Source: the human T2T-CHM13v2.0 reference genome, Homo sapiens
Reading direction: 5' to 3' (one strand)
Assembly (NCBI RefSeq): GCF_009914755.1
Contig: NC_060942.1
Length of the DNA: 64,000 nucleotides
The notes beneath the pieces are model-generated. The model was not told the origin of the DNA and did not search any database. It worked only from the letters and a program-made list of their open reading frames with translations. Shown piece by piece: positions 1-21,659 of the stretch. The number at the start of each line of letters is the position of its first letter. Positions within the stretch are counted from its first letter, which is position 1. A program made the position numbers and the translations under genes.

Positions 1-410
1 ATGATATTTGAGAGTTCTTAATATATTTATCCATTCTAAAAACCCAGATATGTAATATTTGTCTTGTTGAAAATATTGTAGTTTACAACAAAACAGTATA
101 TATGACCTTTGGTTTTTAAATAAACTGGTCAGTATCTCATCAGTTTGACACTTTATTTTTATCTTTCCCATAAAATATGGTTGAAAAAATTGTTTATTAA
201 TGTTTTGTTGAATCTTTGACATACTGACATTTTTAAGCTTATGCCAGTCTTTCATTATTTTGGCTTCATGTGACATACTTACTTTCTTTTATGTATGAAT
301 TGTAGAATGACCAATGATTCTGAAGAAATACACAAAATTATTATAAAATTAAGGCCTATAATTCAAATAATAAGGCCTATACTTTAAAAATTAAAAGTTT
401 TAAACTGTAG

Positions 411-464
411 GATCACATTATTCTCATAACTTATACAGATCACATTATCCTCATAACTTATACA
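411..464. repeat. 27-bp tandem duplication
   Basis: gatcacattattctcataacttataca / gatcacattatcctcataacttataca, 1 mismatch. Confidence 0.95.
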
Positions 465-527
465 GAATGTTAGATAAATCTATATATAGAACTTTCGTTA
501 CTGGAAAACTTACTTCTTCAAGCTATT

Positions 528-566
<39 letters not shown>

Positions 567-570
567 GTGT
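528..570. repeat. (TG)n microsatellite
   Basis: Read directly; two TA interruptions. Confidence 0.97.
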
Positions 571-1684
571 CAGTGGCAACTTTGTATGTTATTTCTCTCG
601 GAGTTTCCAGGCCTCATCTGGACAATTATATGTTTGATACAATATGCTGAGAGAAATTCGATAGGTGAGATCCATACAATGTGTGAAAAGAGTGTTAGGT
701 GTTCTCGGGCCTGCTATGAGTTTATGTCATGCAAACACAAGAATTCAGATAAAGTCTTTTGTGTGGGATTCCAATAAAAGAAGGAAAAGGTGGTGTGCTT
801 ATTCAATATTTCTTCAAAGGACAGACCTTTTCATTTTGACTAGGTGTCGGTGAGATACAAATTCTACATTTTGTATTTTACATGTATAATAATTGGAAGA
901 ACGTGAAAGAATGTTTTTCATTCTAAACTATGGCTGAAAACAGTTCAGTTTTTGTTTCTCCTGTTTCCATTTCCCTTATACTTTCATACCAGGAATAATA
1001 GCACATGTTCATATCAGAATCTGTAATCCCAAACACCTGTGTGGCATAATGCAGTTACGTTTGTTGGTTGAAATATTTCTGGAAGTTATTCCTATATTGG
1101 GATGATTAGCAGCAACTCAAATGCATACAGAAGTGACAGTGAACCTTCTCTTTTCCTCCATTGTTTTGTAGAAAGTGTTCTGTGTATGAGAATTTTGCAG
1201 TTGGATCTGTCCTTTACAAGATAGGAAAATGATCAAATGAGAAGAAAAAAAGGACATTATTCAGAGATCCTAGACTTGAAACTGTTTACAATAACAATGA
1301 AATTTTGAGGTGATGTATTTTTGTAGAGGGGTCATATTTTCAGTTTACTCTTGTGAACTGCATTTTACAAAGGAAGTATTTCTAATTTTTAGAACTGTAA
1401 GTGATGTTGGGAGACCTAAGAGAAAATGTACAGTTCTAGGGGTAATTACTAGTGCTCAGTCTTAAAGTACTTTCATCAGGTAACTTCTGCAAAGTAAACC
1501 GGGGCACTGTTCCTGCCTGCAAAGGTTCCAAGCCTGATTCTCCACCCCTTCCAGAGATTACTTTATATAAATATTTTTTTTTCTGCTGTAATAAGCCTGT
1601 TGTCTACAGCTAAAATTTATGAATCCTACAAACATCAGACTCTTTGATGTGTAAATTAACATTTGAACCAAAAATACTTTTTTA

Positions 1685-5150
<3,466 letters not shown>

Positions 5151-5260
5151 ATTAAAAATTACCATTTGTACAAAGAAGAAATCTAATTATAAGGTAAGGA
5201 ATATCTTCTTCTTTTCCTTTACTCTGATCTACTCTCATGTATTTGTTTTCACAAGACTGA

Positions 5261-5570
<310 letters not shown>

Positions 5571-6879
5571 TAAATTAATTTTAAAAAGGCAATTGGTGAA
5601 GAAATTAATACACATGGAAATAAAATGCCCTCATGTCAAGCATCTCTCCCTTTTCTCTCAGTTAATGGTGGTCCTTTGCAGAAGGCACTGTTGGACACAA
5701 CTTCTGAATAGTAAGGAAGACATTGAGAACACAGCTGTCATGGATTTTTGCTGAACACAAAACTTTTTATTCTGATGAATGTAATTTGATTTATTAATGA
5801 CAGGAAATCATCTTATGAGAAAGAGTTTTTTGAGGATGGAGGGCCTTAGAGACAGGCAGTACAATCACACAGAGAAATTAAACACTGAACAGATAACAAT
5901 CTTAGACACTAAACACATTTCAAGGCAGAAGAGAAGAGAAATACAGGTCAGGGGCTGGGGAGGGGCTAAGCTGTCTTTATAAAATGGGTTTAGAACAACT
6001 GATCCTTGTGACCGTCTCACAGCACACAAGCCTGGTGTGCTATATGGTTATTGAAGGTTTTCTGTCAGAGAAAAATTGCTCCACCATTCTGCAGATTTCA
6101 TTTAGGAATACAAGGCATATGTCAAAAGCAATGCATTTTATTTGAAGCTATTACATACTTCCTTGTAAAAGAATTTCTTGAGAGAGTTTGACATATATTT
6201 TAACCAATTTAAGTTTAAAATGTCAATCCTAGATTTAACTCCTTTCCAAGTTACAAACACAATTATTAAAGTTATTACCTATCATTCTGAAGTAGAAGTC
6301 CCAAAATGGCAAACTTCATCTTCTGATACCTCAGTTTAGTTTCCACAATTGAAATAGTAGAAGGTAAAAATATCAGATCTCAGGATGCCTATTGTGAATA
6401 TCATTTAGATTTTGGGAAAGTACTTTGATGTTTGATGATGAAAAAAAGTTATGCATACTGTTAATGAATTTCTGTAAGTCTGATTTTACTATACTGTTAT
6501 CTCATATTTATAGAACTACATTTTTCTCCTTTTAGAGTTAAGTTTGAGTTAGAGGTGAGCCTTGAAGGTGATTTGAACTCCCAGTAATTAATTTCATCAC
6601 CACCAATTCAAATAATTATAATATTGTATTGATTTGAGGGCACTATTAATATTTTTATTCAAAAGGAAGTAGTTTTATATAAATATTTATTTCACTGGCC
6701 TAGGCTTTAGACATTAAAAGACAATTGCTGCTTAACAATGGAATTGCCCAGCCTGGCATCTATTTTTGCACTACTCTTAGGTTGCATATAGAATAGTTTT
6801 GTTTCATTTGTCTTATTTTAAAAATAACTCTAATAGTAAATGATAGCAACATCATCATCCTCATTAATAATAATAATAT

Positions 6880-7055
6880 ATACAGTAATGATAATTTGGT
6901 CTTATAGTGTGCTTATTATATTCCAGAACAGTACTTAGTACTTTACACATATTAGAGTTCATTCTCACAAAGATCCCATGAGGTAGATACTATTACATTC
7001 ACTTTAGCAGTGAGAAAAATGAGAGTGAATAGTGGGGTTGCAATTTAAACTCTAT
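6880..7055 (-). mobile_element. MIR fragment
   Basis: ctcacaaagatcccatgaggtagatactatt MIR core. Confidence 0.6.
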
Positions 7056-7062
7056 AGCCTAG

Positions 7063-7421
7063 TGATATTTGGCTGTGTCCCCACCCAAATCTCATCTTGA
7101 ATTGTAGCAACCATAATCCCCACGTGTCATGGAGGGACCCAATGGGAGGCAACTGAATCATGGGGGAGAGTTTTTCCCAAGGTTTTCTAATGATAGTGAA
7201 TAAGTCTCATGAGATCTGATGGTTTTATACAGGACAGTTCCCCTGCATATGTTCTCTTGACTATGCCATGTAAGATGTGACTTTGTTCCTCTTTCGCCTT
7301 CCACCATGATTGTGAGGCCTCCCCAGCCATGTGGAACTGTAAGTACATTAAACCACATTTTCTTTATAAATTACCTAGTCTAGGGTATTTCTTCACAGCA
7401 GTATGAAAATGAACTCATACA
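7063..7421 (+). mobile_element. THE1 (MaLR) solo LTR
   Basis: TG...CA ends; tggctgtgtccccacccaaatctcatcttgaattgtag; 5-bp TSD cctag/tctag. Confidence 0.92.
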
Positions 7422-7563
7422 TCTAGCTTCAATGCCTACCCATCCATACCTACTATGTTATCGAATACAAGGTTTAACTGAGATAATATCTGGTTTGATA
7501 TTTATTATGTTGACGTCATGTGACATATAAATATATTCTTAAATTAAATTATATGTTCATATA

Positions 7564-7950
7564 TGTATTGGTCAGTATAATGCTAGCTGCAGTTACAGAC
7601 AAAATCCCCCCAATCTCAGTGACTAAATACAGTCTGGTTATCATTCTCATGAAGTTTAACATGTTTTCCCTGACTGGAAAAAGACTTCACATGTGGTTTC
7701 CTAGGCTCCTTCCCACTGTGGAAGTCTAGGCCTTCGAGACCTTTGTATCCAGCCAGTAGAGAAGGAAAGAAGAATCATGCATGGAAAGTTGCTATGGGCT
7801 GGTGCTGGAACTGCATTTTTCTCTCCATGCATTTTCCATTGCCCAGAACTCAGTCACATGGGCAAGGAAAATTTGGAAATGCTGTTTAACTGTGTGCTCA
7901 GGAGGAAGAGAATATTGGGTTGGTGACCAGTTGGCCGCTATCTGCCAAAC
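7564..7950 (-). mobile_element. MLT1 (MaLR) LTR, old
   Basis: tgtattggtcag...ccattgcccagaactcagtcacatgg...tctgcca resembles reverse MLT1J/K. Confidence 0.65.
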
Positions 7951-8412
7951 TGGTCTTTACCTATCTATCTGTTGAATATTCTCTTTATATTTTCTTATTC
8001 CAAAATTAATATTTATTGAAAGATATATGTCTACCTTTTCTAGAAATTTCATATGCATATATCAAAGTGACTGATACCAGTATATACCAGTACAGACAAA
8101 GAGTCTTGCGAAGGTAGAGTAGGATAGGAAAAATGGCCAAATTCTGGCCAAAGGAGAGACTTGGGTGTCAAGAGAAAGAGCTAGTGAGTGTAGTATTCCA
8201 TTAGTCAGGTCTCTACTGATGATACTTTTTCTCTTCCATAAGAAGGATTTATCTTCTAAATTACTATTTTCTTATCTGTCCTAGTTACAAGAAATTAAGC
8301 TTCCTTGAGAACTTATGAAATTCCTTGAGGAATTATAACTGCATGAGTTATTGATACAAAGCAAGCACCCAAGATATTCTGGGTTTGTTTATTAAGTATT
8401 AATTTAGATGTA

Positions 8413-8729
8413 TAATGTCATCCCTCAGTACCAGGGGAGACTGGTTCCAGGACCCCTGCTGATACCAAAGTCTGTGAATACTCAAGTCCCTTATATAAAT
8501 GGCATAGTATTTGCATACTACCTATGTACATCTTCCTCTGGACTTTAAATCATCTCTAGTACTTATAATATCTAATATAATATAAATGCTATTTAAATAA
8601 TTATTATATTTTTGTTTCTATCATTTTTATTGTTATATTGTTAATTTTAAGTTTTTTAAAAAAATATTTTTCATTTGAGGTTAATTGAATCCATTGATGT
8701 AGAACATGTAAATAGGGAGGTTCAACTAC
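8413..8729 (+). mobile_element. MER2 (Tigger-type MITE)
   Basis: tggttccaggacccctg...ctcaagtcccttatataaatggcatagtatttgcata. Confidence 0.8.
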
Positions 8730-9347
8730 AGGGATAGAGCAAGTGCTTAATAAATCCTGGTGTATAATTGTTTGGGCAATATTGATGTTTAACTGTGGAG
8801 TGAAAAAGAGGATCTGAACTATAAATTTAAATTAAATAAAGGCTAATAGAAACACAGACTATTTTACTTTGACATTTACTCTTGAAGGTAGGTATGTGAG
8901 AAATGGTTGATTGTAGAGCTTTGGTTTTTAATATATAAAACAGATGAATGTTTAGATTATAGAGGTAAAACCTTAGAAGGAAGACTCAAATAGACACTAT
9001 CACATGCTTGTTCATAAGGACCAGGACAAAACATAAACAAAGTCACCCCCCATTCCCCTTTAGAGGTAGTAACAGAAGGATGAGAGGGCAAAAAGAAGAC
9101 AATGATAACTAAAATATGACAATATTCTTTACAGTTATTTTATTGAAATTTGAGATTTATTTATGCTTAAGCAACATGCCAGATACAATATTATCCTTTA
9201 AAATTGTAAATTAAATTTTCTGACTATTTTTTAACCTATTTATAAAATGTCTTAACCATATTATCTTATTCTACCTCTAGTTAAGTGCAAAATAATGTAC
9301 TACTTGGTAAAGACACATCTTAAATTATGACATTAAAAATACTATAA

Positions 9348-9662
9348 CAGGTCCACAATCCTTTATTTAGAGCTCTTGGTACCATAAATGTTGAGGAACT
9401 TAGAATTTTTTTTTTGTATTTAGAAATAGCATGTGGAGTATAAATATGTACTTTGAAATACTCCAAAAGCATCCTATAAAATATATTGATATTTCTCCAG
9501 AAAATTATGTGAGTATTTACACTAAAATGGATAAAGACCATAAAAAACTTTCATTCTGGTTAGCTTTTGCCAAAAAATTAGTTTGCCACAAACTTATGCA
9601 AAAGCTTTAATTTCTCAGAGCCATTTGAATTTTAGAATTATGGAAAGGGAACTGTCGGCTCA
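9348..9662. mobile_element. Tigger-type MITE (MER46-like)
   Basis: caggtccacaatccttt start with a degenerate inverted terminus. Confidence 0.5.
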
Positions 9663-9799
9663 TAACACCATAAATTATTCAGTGTTTAAATTAGATATTG
9701 CTTCTGACCTGCCTCATAAGAAAGCAATTTTAATGAATTACAAGTATTTAAATGCCACAAAATTTTCAAACAATTATTATATAGTGTATTCAAAACCAA

Positions 9800-13260
<3,461 letters not shown>

Positions 13261-13271
13261 TACATAGGTGG

Positions 13272-13505
13272 TATAAACACACGCACACACATGCACACAC
13301 ACAGATACACACACATATATATGTATACACATATTTATGAAACCAAATATAAATATTAGGTATATGTATGTGTATGTATAAATATATATAAATAGGAGGT
13401 GCATACACACATATATGCACACATATACACATATATGCACACATATGTATATACACATATACACATATATGTAAACATGCATAATATATATTTACATATA
13501 TATTT
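13272..13505. repeat. (CA)/(TA)-rich low-complexity repeat
   Basis: Read directly. Confidence 0.9.
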
Positions 13506-14199
13506 AAACATTGTTGCTTTCAAACCACTCACTGAATCTTTGGCTTTCTTTTTCACTTTTCCCTCACTTTTTAAAAATATTCTTTAACATGAAGTTAAAC
13601 CAAAAGCTTAGTTGCCCTTTTGCATTCATGTTAGATTGAATCATACAGACTTGTTATATGAGTCAAAAAAAAGTCAAATATTGACAATTTTAAGTAGTAC
13701 TAATTAAAAATTAACAATAGAAAAAATAGTAAAAATCTAATGCCTAATTTACAAAGTAATGTATTAAAGATGATGTATTTCTTTGCTTGCACATAATTTG
13801 AGACAGACTAAAGAAATCATTTGGGTTTCAACCAAGATATAGCCTGTGAAAAAATATTTTCCAGGATCATAGGAAATCGAGTCCTCATACCTTACATGTG
13901 AGAGGGTCAAAAAAAATGTTTTCTTGATTAGGGCAATATCTAGTCAACAACAAAGAAACTAAGGAGACATTATTTCTTTACCAACAAACGAAATCTCAAT
14001 ACATTCATAGTACACAACAAATTATGAAGAAATAGAATGCAGAATGAGTATTGATCTAATTTTCACTCATATCTTACCCTAGGGTCAAATATACAGTGAA
14101 ATATACCTCAGGATAGACACCATATATATCAGACTTACATAGAAATATCCCTCTAGGTTGGTGCATGAGAATTTGCAAGCTTCCCAATGCTATAATAGT

Positions 14200-14597
14200 T
14201 GATAGGTTTTGGATCTGTGTCCCCACCCAAATCTCATGTTCAATAATAATCCCCAGTGTTGGAGGTGGGGCCTGGTGGGAGGTGACTGGATCATGGGGGT
14301 GGTTTCTCATGGTTTAACACCATTCCCCCTTGGTGCTATCATCACCATAGTGAGTTCTCATGAACTCTGGTTGTTTGGAAGTGTGTGGTACCTCCCCTCC
14401 TCTCTCTCTTGCTCCTGCTCTGGCCATGTAAGACGTCTGCTCCCTCTTTGCCTTTCAGCCATGAGTAAAAGCTCCCTAAGGCTCTCCAGAAGCAGATGCT
14501 GTCCAGCCTGAGGAAGTGTGAGTCAATTAAAGCTCTTTCCTTAGATTAACCCAGTCTCAGGTAATTCCTTATAGCAGTACAAGAATAGACTAATACA
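14200..14597 (+). mobile_element. MST (MaLR) solo LTR
   Basis: tgataggttttggatctgtgtccccacccaaatctcatg...gactaataca. Confidence 0.88.
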
Positions 14598-14774
14598 CTG
14601 GTCAATTTTATCATTTGAAGTAAAACAATACAAAACAACAATAACACAAAACCTAGTGAATTCTACTTTTTTTCGACTCTGGAAAAGGGTGATATGGCCT
14701 CAAGATTTTACAAAGTGTTAGCATTTGTACAAGGACTATCTTTAACTTAAGCAATCACATTCCCCTTCCCCCTT

Positions 14775-14900
14775 TTGTTATTTGTGTGACCTTGGACGAT
14801 TTATTTTACCTAAGTCTGAGATCCTTCATTAAAAACAGAATAATAACAGTACCTACCTCACAGGATTATAATGAGGAATAAATGAGATAGTGTTTCAGAA
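14775..14900 (+). mobile_element. MIR fragment
   Basis: tgtgtgaccttgg...taataacagtacctacctcacagg. Confidence 0.7.
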
Positions 14901-16224
14901 CAAAAACTGATCAAAAATTATTTCCCAAAGAAAAAAGATGATATAATGCATCAAATGAGTAACATTAACTATTTTAACAATTAGCTTTAAAACTTTCTTA
15001 AAAATTTAAAGAAGCAACTCTAAATGTTTACCACAGTTGTAAAATCTCACACGAGGTTATTTTTGAGGGTAATGTTTTCGACACCTGAGGAATTCAGGAA
15101 TCTAAAAGTATTTGGTGAGGCAGCACATATCCTCTGACCAATGGGGAAATAAAACCTTGATAGGCACATAATTGTGAGTTTCTAAATATCTTAATTTCCA
15201 GTATTTTGATTACATAAAATGTTATCAAGTATTTCACATTTTGTTTGTGTTTTTCAATCCTATACAAATTATTTTATGTCATCTATTGAGAGGATGAAAC
15301 TTTCAGGACCATCACTTTTGCTTACCAATGATTTATTATCACGGTTAGACCTGATCCTCAAAAATCGCCTTTTAGTCACTCCAATTTGTTTTTCCTCTAG
15401 GCTAATAAGAAAAGACCCTCATGTCTTGTCTTCCTCAATATTTTCTATTATAGCAAAACCCACCAACTGTCACAATAGGGGTGAAATAAAGTGCTATCAA
15501 AATTTTTAGTTTTGTAGCAAATGCTGTACATTCAGCAGATTAGTGGGTAAAGTTTTATCCATAATCTATCTTTGTTGTATGTTGGGAAAGGCATGAAATA
15601 CAGAAGTAGATTTAAAATGAATGCAAAGTTCTGACTTCCTTAATCTCTCTAAATCTATTGCCTCATCATAGACTTGAGCCGAGAGTAATCAAAGAGCCAA
15701 TGGTTATCACCTACTTACATTTTACAGATGAAGAAATTGGGATATAGATATGTAGATGAATAAATAATCACTAGAAATGGTCATAAACTTTTCATCAAAT
15801 AAACCTCTTGGCTTTATAGAATATGCCATTTATGAAAATAAAATGATTTGGCTTTATTCTTTAGCCAAAGTAAAATAAAATAAATCAAGGAAGAAAAGCA
15901 AGTGTGCCTGATACGAACTTTCTAATTATGTAAATCAACAAGTACTTTATGAGGCAAACCATGTTATATTCTCTTATATTTACGAATTTGAAAGTAATAT
16001 TTGTTAAAAACTGTAATTGTGGCTATTCAATATATTGGTTTGAAATCCAGTATTGATCTATTACTTTTTGGACAAAAGCAAATAATATTGTTTTATTTTA
16101 CAACTCAGAGGAACTGTAAACCAAAGTATAATGTAAAGGTGTCAATTTACATGAAACAGAATAGTCCAAACAGCTAAATAAATAACTAAATATGCCCTTG
16201 AACTTTTTATAAAAACACAAATGG

Positions 16225-16450
16225 GCAGAAGGCATGTATAGTGTGGATACACTGGACAAAGGGAGGATTCACAACTCAGGCAGGACTGAGAGGATCAGCA
16301 CAAAATTTCACCACACTACTGAGGACAAAGAATGGTTTAAAACTCATGAATTGTTTATTTCTGAAATTTTGCATTCAATATTTTTGGACCATGGTTAACC
16401 CCAGATAACTGAAACCATGGAAAGCCAAACCAAAGATCGGGGGACTACTG
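16225..16450 (+). mobile_element. Tigger2/MER28 3' fragment
   Basis: tggacaaagggaggattcac...ggggactactg followed by ta. Confidence 0.75.
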
Positions 16451-16477
16451 TAGAGTCACTGGAAAGAATTACCTGCC

Positions 16478-17020
16478 AGAATGCAAAATGATATAGCCAC
16501 TTTGACAATCAGTTGGGCATTTTTAAAAAATGTAACATATGTTTATAGAATCAAAAAAAATCTCACACTTATTTACCCAAAATAAATGAAAACATAAGTT
16601 CACACAAAAACCTGTTTGTAAATGTTTACAGCCACTTTATTTATAATTGCAAAAAAACTGGAGAAAGCACAAATGTGCTTCAGTTGGTAAATAAATTGTG
16701 GTAGATCCATATATTGCGATACTAATCAGTAGGTACTGTGTGAGTCAACTGATCTGACATTCTGAAAAAGGCAGAAATATAGAGACAAAAAACAGGTTAG
16801 TGATTGTCAGTGGGTAGGGATTGGGGCAGGCATGTACTCCAGAATGGAAAGTGGGAATTTGGGGGGATATTTTTTGGGATTTTATAGTGAATCTTCTCTA
16901 TATCTTAATTTGTTGGTAGTTATACAACTATATATGGTTGTTAAAACTCATAGTACTTTACACTAAAAATGGTGAATTTTGTTGTATATAAAGTATACCA
17001 TAAAAGCTAGACTGAAAAAT
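16478..17020 (+). mobile_element. Old L1 (L1ME-like) 3' fragment
   Basis: aatgcaaaatgatatagccactttg, cacacaaaaacctg, gtgaattttgttgtat. Confidence 0.7.
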
Positions 17021-18720
17021 AACACTAGGGCCTATTTGCTTTGGGGGATAGGGGCTGAAATGACCGTGATCATGATCGGAGCTTGGAAAGTACATCATAC
17101 AGCAGTTGGAAAGTGACCCTGAAAGCTTCACAGAAGCATGCCATAGATGAATGACACTTGATCACGAGAATGACTGGAAAGCATTCACTAAAGCTTCTAG
17201 GAATGACATGGGGAGGAGAACAGCAGGGGAAAACAATTCACTCCCTGACTAAGTAGGAGCTCAGAACTGTTATGGTTTGCACAATAATGAGGCAAAGCCT
17301 GTTTTTGTGGTCTTAAGCTGGAAAAGAATATAATTATCCCATATTTGATCCTTTGCAGCACACAATGTGTGTTTGGATTTAGAATCTGTGATAATCCTCA
17401 TTCCAAAAGCAACGATAACTGCAGGAAAGTATCAGTGTTCTCATTTTTATAAATGAATTATATGAGACAAAGAAAGATTAAATAATTAACCCAAAGTGAC
17501 AAAGGTATTAGAGCCAGGATTTATTCCTAGGTCTCCTGAATCTAAACACTGTTCTTTTCCCAGTATACGGTTGATCTCCTATGGACTAGCAGCCACCTAG
17601 AAGGAAGGGCATAGCAGTAGGTAGGCACCAGTGGGCAGGCTGAATTGAGGAGACTTGGAGCCACCCTGATGTCCCAATGCATACTGAAGCCAGATGATTT
17701 CTGCTTTTATCAGCGGAGCTTGGTGAAGTGAAAGCACCCTCCCCACTCCACATACACTACCCTACTACTTTCCTAACCAAAGAAGAAAATCAAGAACCAA
17801 GAAGAAACTCGTCATTTCCTGCCATTTTCCTGGAGGAGGTCAAACACAGGGGGAAGGGCTCACTTAGCATATGAAGTCTTGGGTTTCCAGGTTAGAAAAC
17901 AAGGTCCAAATGTTTTTAATGAAATATGAAATTCTTATGCAGGCCATAAGGTTGTTTTTGAAAAAGAAAAACACTGTCATAGGGCAAGGTGTAATTGACT
18001 CTACACTTCGGAGGAAATTAAACCCTTAGCCAGAGAAGTAAAATGCCTACTGTCAATATTATTCCTCCACTCTTCCCCACCCCAAGAGGCTATCACTAGA
18101 CCTCCCTACTTCTATACATGGGAGTGGCCATAAAACCAGACAAAGGTGGAGATTTCAGTTTCAGAGGATGCTAGAAGTGTGAAATGTTCAAACATAAAAA
18201 GATACTTGAGACCTGATCATTTCTTTTGGGAAAGATTACTCAACCCAGGAAATGGTCCAAACTATGAAACCCTGTTCATGTAAGAAGATGCAGGAGAGGT
18301 GGGGGCAGCTCCTCTTTCATAGTTACTCTCCTCATGGGCATGAGATTCTTTGTGGACTCTTGAAACACAAAAAGCATTCCCCCACTGATTACTATAGATT
18401 TGGAGGCAGTGAGGCTCAACCCAGTATAGATGATGTAGATTGACACAGCTGAAGAGTGAGTAAAATTGATTACCTGGATGCAGACACTTGTTTCCCGCCC
18501 CCACCCAAGATAGCCAGATATGCATCCTCTGGGGAAGGAAAAGAAGACATCTACACCACATGGTATATACACTGTATATATTGGAATTCTGTCAAAGACA
18601 AAAAAAGGCCTTGAAAGCCTCTATATTTTACCTTCTTCCTTTTCTGCGGGCAATGGAACCAAGTACAATTTGGAAATTTTTATCAAGTTATTTAAAATAG
18701 AGGTTTAAAATTATTGGCAA

Positions 18721-18995
18721 GACTGGGCACAGTGGCTCATGCCTATAATCACAGCATTTTGGGAAGCCAACTGGAAGACTGCTTGAACCCAGGACTTTGA
18801 GACTGGTATGGGCAAGATAAAAAAGCCCATTTCTACAAAAAATTAGCCAGGTATAGTGGTGCACACCTGTAGTCTCAGATATTTGGGAGGCTGAGGTGGG
18901 GAGGATCAACTGAGCCCAGGAGGTCGAGGCTGCAGTGAGCCATGATCACTCCATTGCACTCCAGCCTAGGTGACAGAGTGAGACCCCATCTCTAC

Positions 18996-19022
<27 letters not shown>
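18721..19022 (+). mobile_element. AluJ
   Basis: Diverged dimer with gagcccaggaggtcgaggctgcagtgagc; TSD aaaattattggcaa/aaaatcattggcaa. Confidence 0.92.
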
Positions 19023-19026
<4 letters not shown>

Positions 19027-19744
19027 TGGCAAGTCATTCTGAATGAAGGCCTAAAATATAGGCTGGTTAGTGATATTAAAGGGATACGCTGCCATTCACC
19101 ATTGCATCCTAGTAAGTTGAATGGTGGCATTTGTTAATAATTATGAACCAGCTGAGTAAAAAAATACGAAAAATTTATAGCATACATGTATTTACACAAG
19201 ACAATGAAAATAGCTTGCTAGAAACCAAGCCAAGAGATAACTTTTAATACAGCATCTATTGAATGGTTATTGTGTGGCATTAGAAAAAGAAAGATTCAAT
19301 TTTGTAAAGAGTAGCCCAAATGAAGATCTACTAAGGATATTTGCTTAATCTTTTTATAATATTTATTTTCTGTAGAGACAGAGGGAAGATGACATTCTCA
19401 TGCTCAGCATATTTCAAAGATTGAAGCCAAATATTTATAGAGCACGAAGCAGGTTTTTAAGGAATTACTAGGGAAGTATAACAATTCATCATTCATAATA
19501 AAAGAGTTGATGTTAGTAAAGCTATTAGAATAGTTCCTGGCATATTAAAGCACTGTGTAAATGTCTGACAAAATAAAAGGTATTACCATACCTGTGTTAC
19601 AATTTCCTTACTGTTACTTCATTATAGCTGTGACATGATCATTATGCCCTATATAGCACGTGCAATGTTCATTAAACAACGTATAACTCCTTTAGTCTTA
19701 TCTCCCACTCATGATCACATATCAGAATATAAATGAGTTGATTA

Positions 19745-19960
19745 TTTTGTTTACCAAATATTTATTGAGCACCTGTTATGTACCAGGCTCTGTTCTAGAG
19801 GCTGAGGTGTAGTAGCAGACTAAAACACAAGATCCTGTTCTCATGGGAAACTATCTTGTACTAGGGAGGGAAGATAATCAAAAACAAGTAAGCAAGATAA
19901 TTTTAGACTTTGAAGTGTATGATGAAAAATCAAATAAGGTATTGTAATTGTGACAGGAAG
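19745..19960 (-). mobile_element. L2 3' end fragment
   Basis: aaatatttattgagcacctgttatgtaccaggctctgttctag. Confidence 0.7.
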
Positions 19961-21455
19961 ATAAAGAAGTTGTCAGTTTTAGTGACAGCAAAACAACTTT
20001 ACAAAATAACCTCTCTTAGAAAATAGAAGTGAGCTATTTTTTTGTATCTCACATCAGATCATAACTGGTCACTACCCAAAATGTACACACTTCACTCATT
20101 CTCTGAAACATCCTATTATGCTGTATATCTTTCACATAGGTTACCTCCTCTGACTCCCAGATCTTCCAGCTGTACCCTCTGAAACCACCCCCTTCCATAG
20201 CAGACACATCTCTTTGTCCCCTTAATTTTTGTAGAACAGAACATGCTTCCTGTTTCTCCTTGCCATATGTTGAACCTGGCCTTCCCTGAGTCCCTGCCTT
20301 ATTTGTGCAGTTTGTCGATTTATACTGCATGGTTGTCCAAATCCTACAAATTGCCAAGGTCTAGACATTGGGCTGCTATACTCCTAGACCTACACTGCCC
20401 CTTACAGCCATTTATTCTTCTACAGTTACGTGAAAATAACTCTTCCTTTGAAATCTGTGTTATCCAATTAAACAGTCCCTGCTCCTGCCTCTTTATCATT
20501 TACCTATTGTCCACTTCCCAGAATTTAAAGAAGTACTTATCACCTAGCCCACAGTCTTCCTTTCCATCCTAAATGGCATCCCTGTCCTGAGTGAATTCCA
20601 TGTCCTTAAACAAATATCTGGTCTAGTAATTCCACATACTCCTCAATTCAAATGACATTCATTTTCATGCCATTTCAGCCAGACAGGCTTAAGCTCATAT
20701 CCTAGATCTTGTTATCATAATGAATGCTTTTTTAAAAATACAAAATCTGAATTTTCAATTATCTAATTAAAACTTACTCTATTTACAAACTTTCAATATC
20801 TTATACCCGCTATGCCTGTTACCTGCCTTCATAAAGGTGTCCAATTCTTTGGGTCAAATTTCTCCCAATCTACCAGTCTCTGCTCACTTTCATTTTCTTC
20901 TCATTCAACTTAAATATTTAATTATATCCTTAAGCATCCTCTCACCGATATCCACAACTAGCTTACCCCTCCACCTCTAGCTGACTCCAATATGGAAAAC
21001 ATCTGTTCTCTATCAGTCTGACTCTACCACCCATTGAACCTGCCACAGAGTTTGGGAAACTTACCTATTATATTGCTCAACATTTCTTGGATCTCTCATG
21101 TAAAAATCCACCCAACTGAAACTTTATTTATAAGTGAATGTATATTTTTATTTTAAATTGCACATTGCTTCAAAATATAATGGTAGAAATAATAAAAATA
21201 AACTAAATGTTTTTATTTCTACTGTTTAACATCTACTCTGTTGACAGCCATTAAATTATCTTGTATACTTGGTTTCTCTGGGATACAACAATTAATCCTA
21301 TCTTATTATTTTTACAGTGAAATGATTACACTGCATTTTTTTTACAATTGTGGTGTTGGTGAGTGCTATTCTATGTGTGCTGACAGAGGTGAGATAGGGA
21401 GGGGAATTATAAATGGATCAATGCATCAGAATTACCATTAGCTAATTACTCTAGC

Positions 21456-21659
21456 CCTGTGGCTCCCATATAATAGCAGCTAGCCACATGTACCAATTTA
21501 AATTTAAATCAGGTAAAATTAAGTAAAATTAAAAATTTTGTTCTTGAGTCATACTAACCATATTTCCCATGCTCAATAGCCACACATAGCCAGTGGTGGC
21601 CATACTAGACAGAGCAGAGCATTTCTGTCATTTGCAAACCTTTCTATCGAACAGTGTTG
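21456..21659 (-). mobile_element. MER3 (hAT-Charlie MITE)
   Basis: tagccacatg...ctcaatagccacacatagccagtgg...tttctatcgaacagtgttg. Confidence 0.8.

Noticed and set aside
529-777. 82-aa ORF MCVCVCV...
   Set aside because: Translation of the TG microsatellite from a non-ATG start
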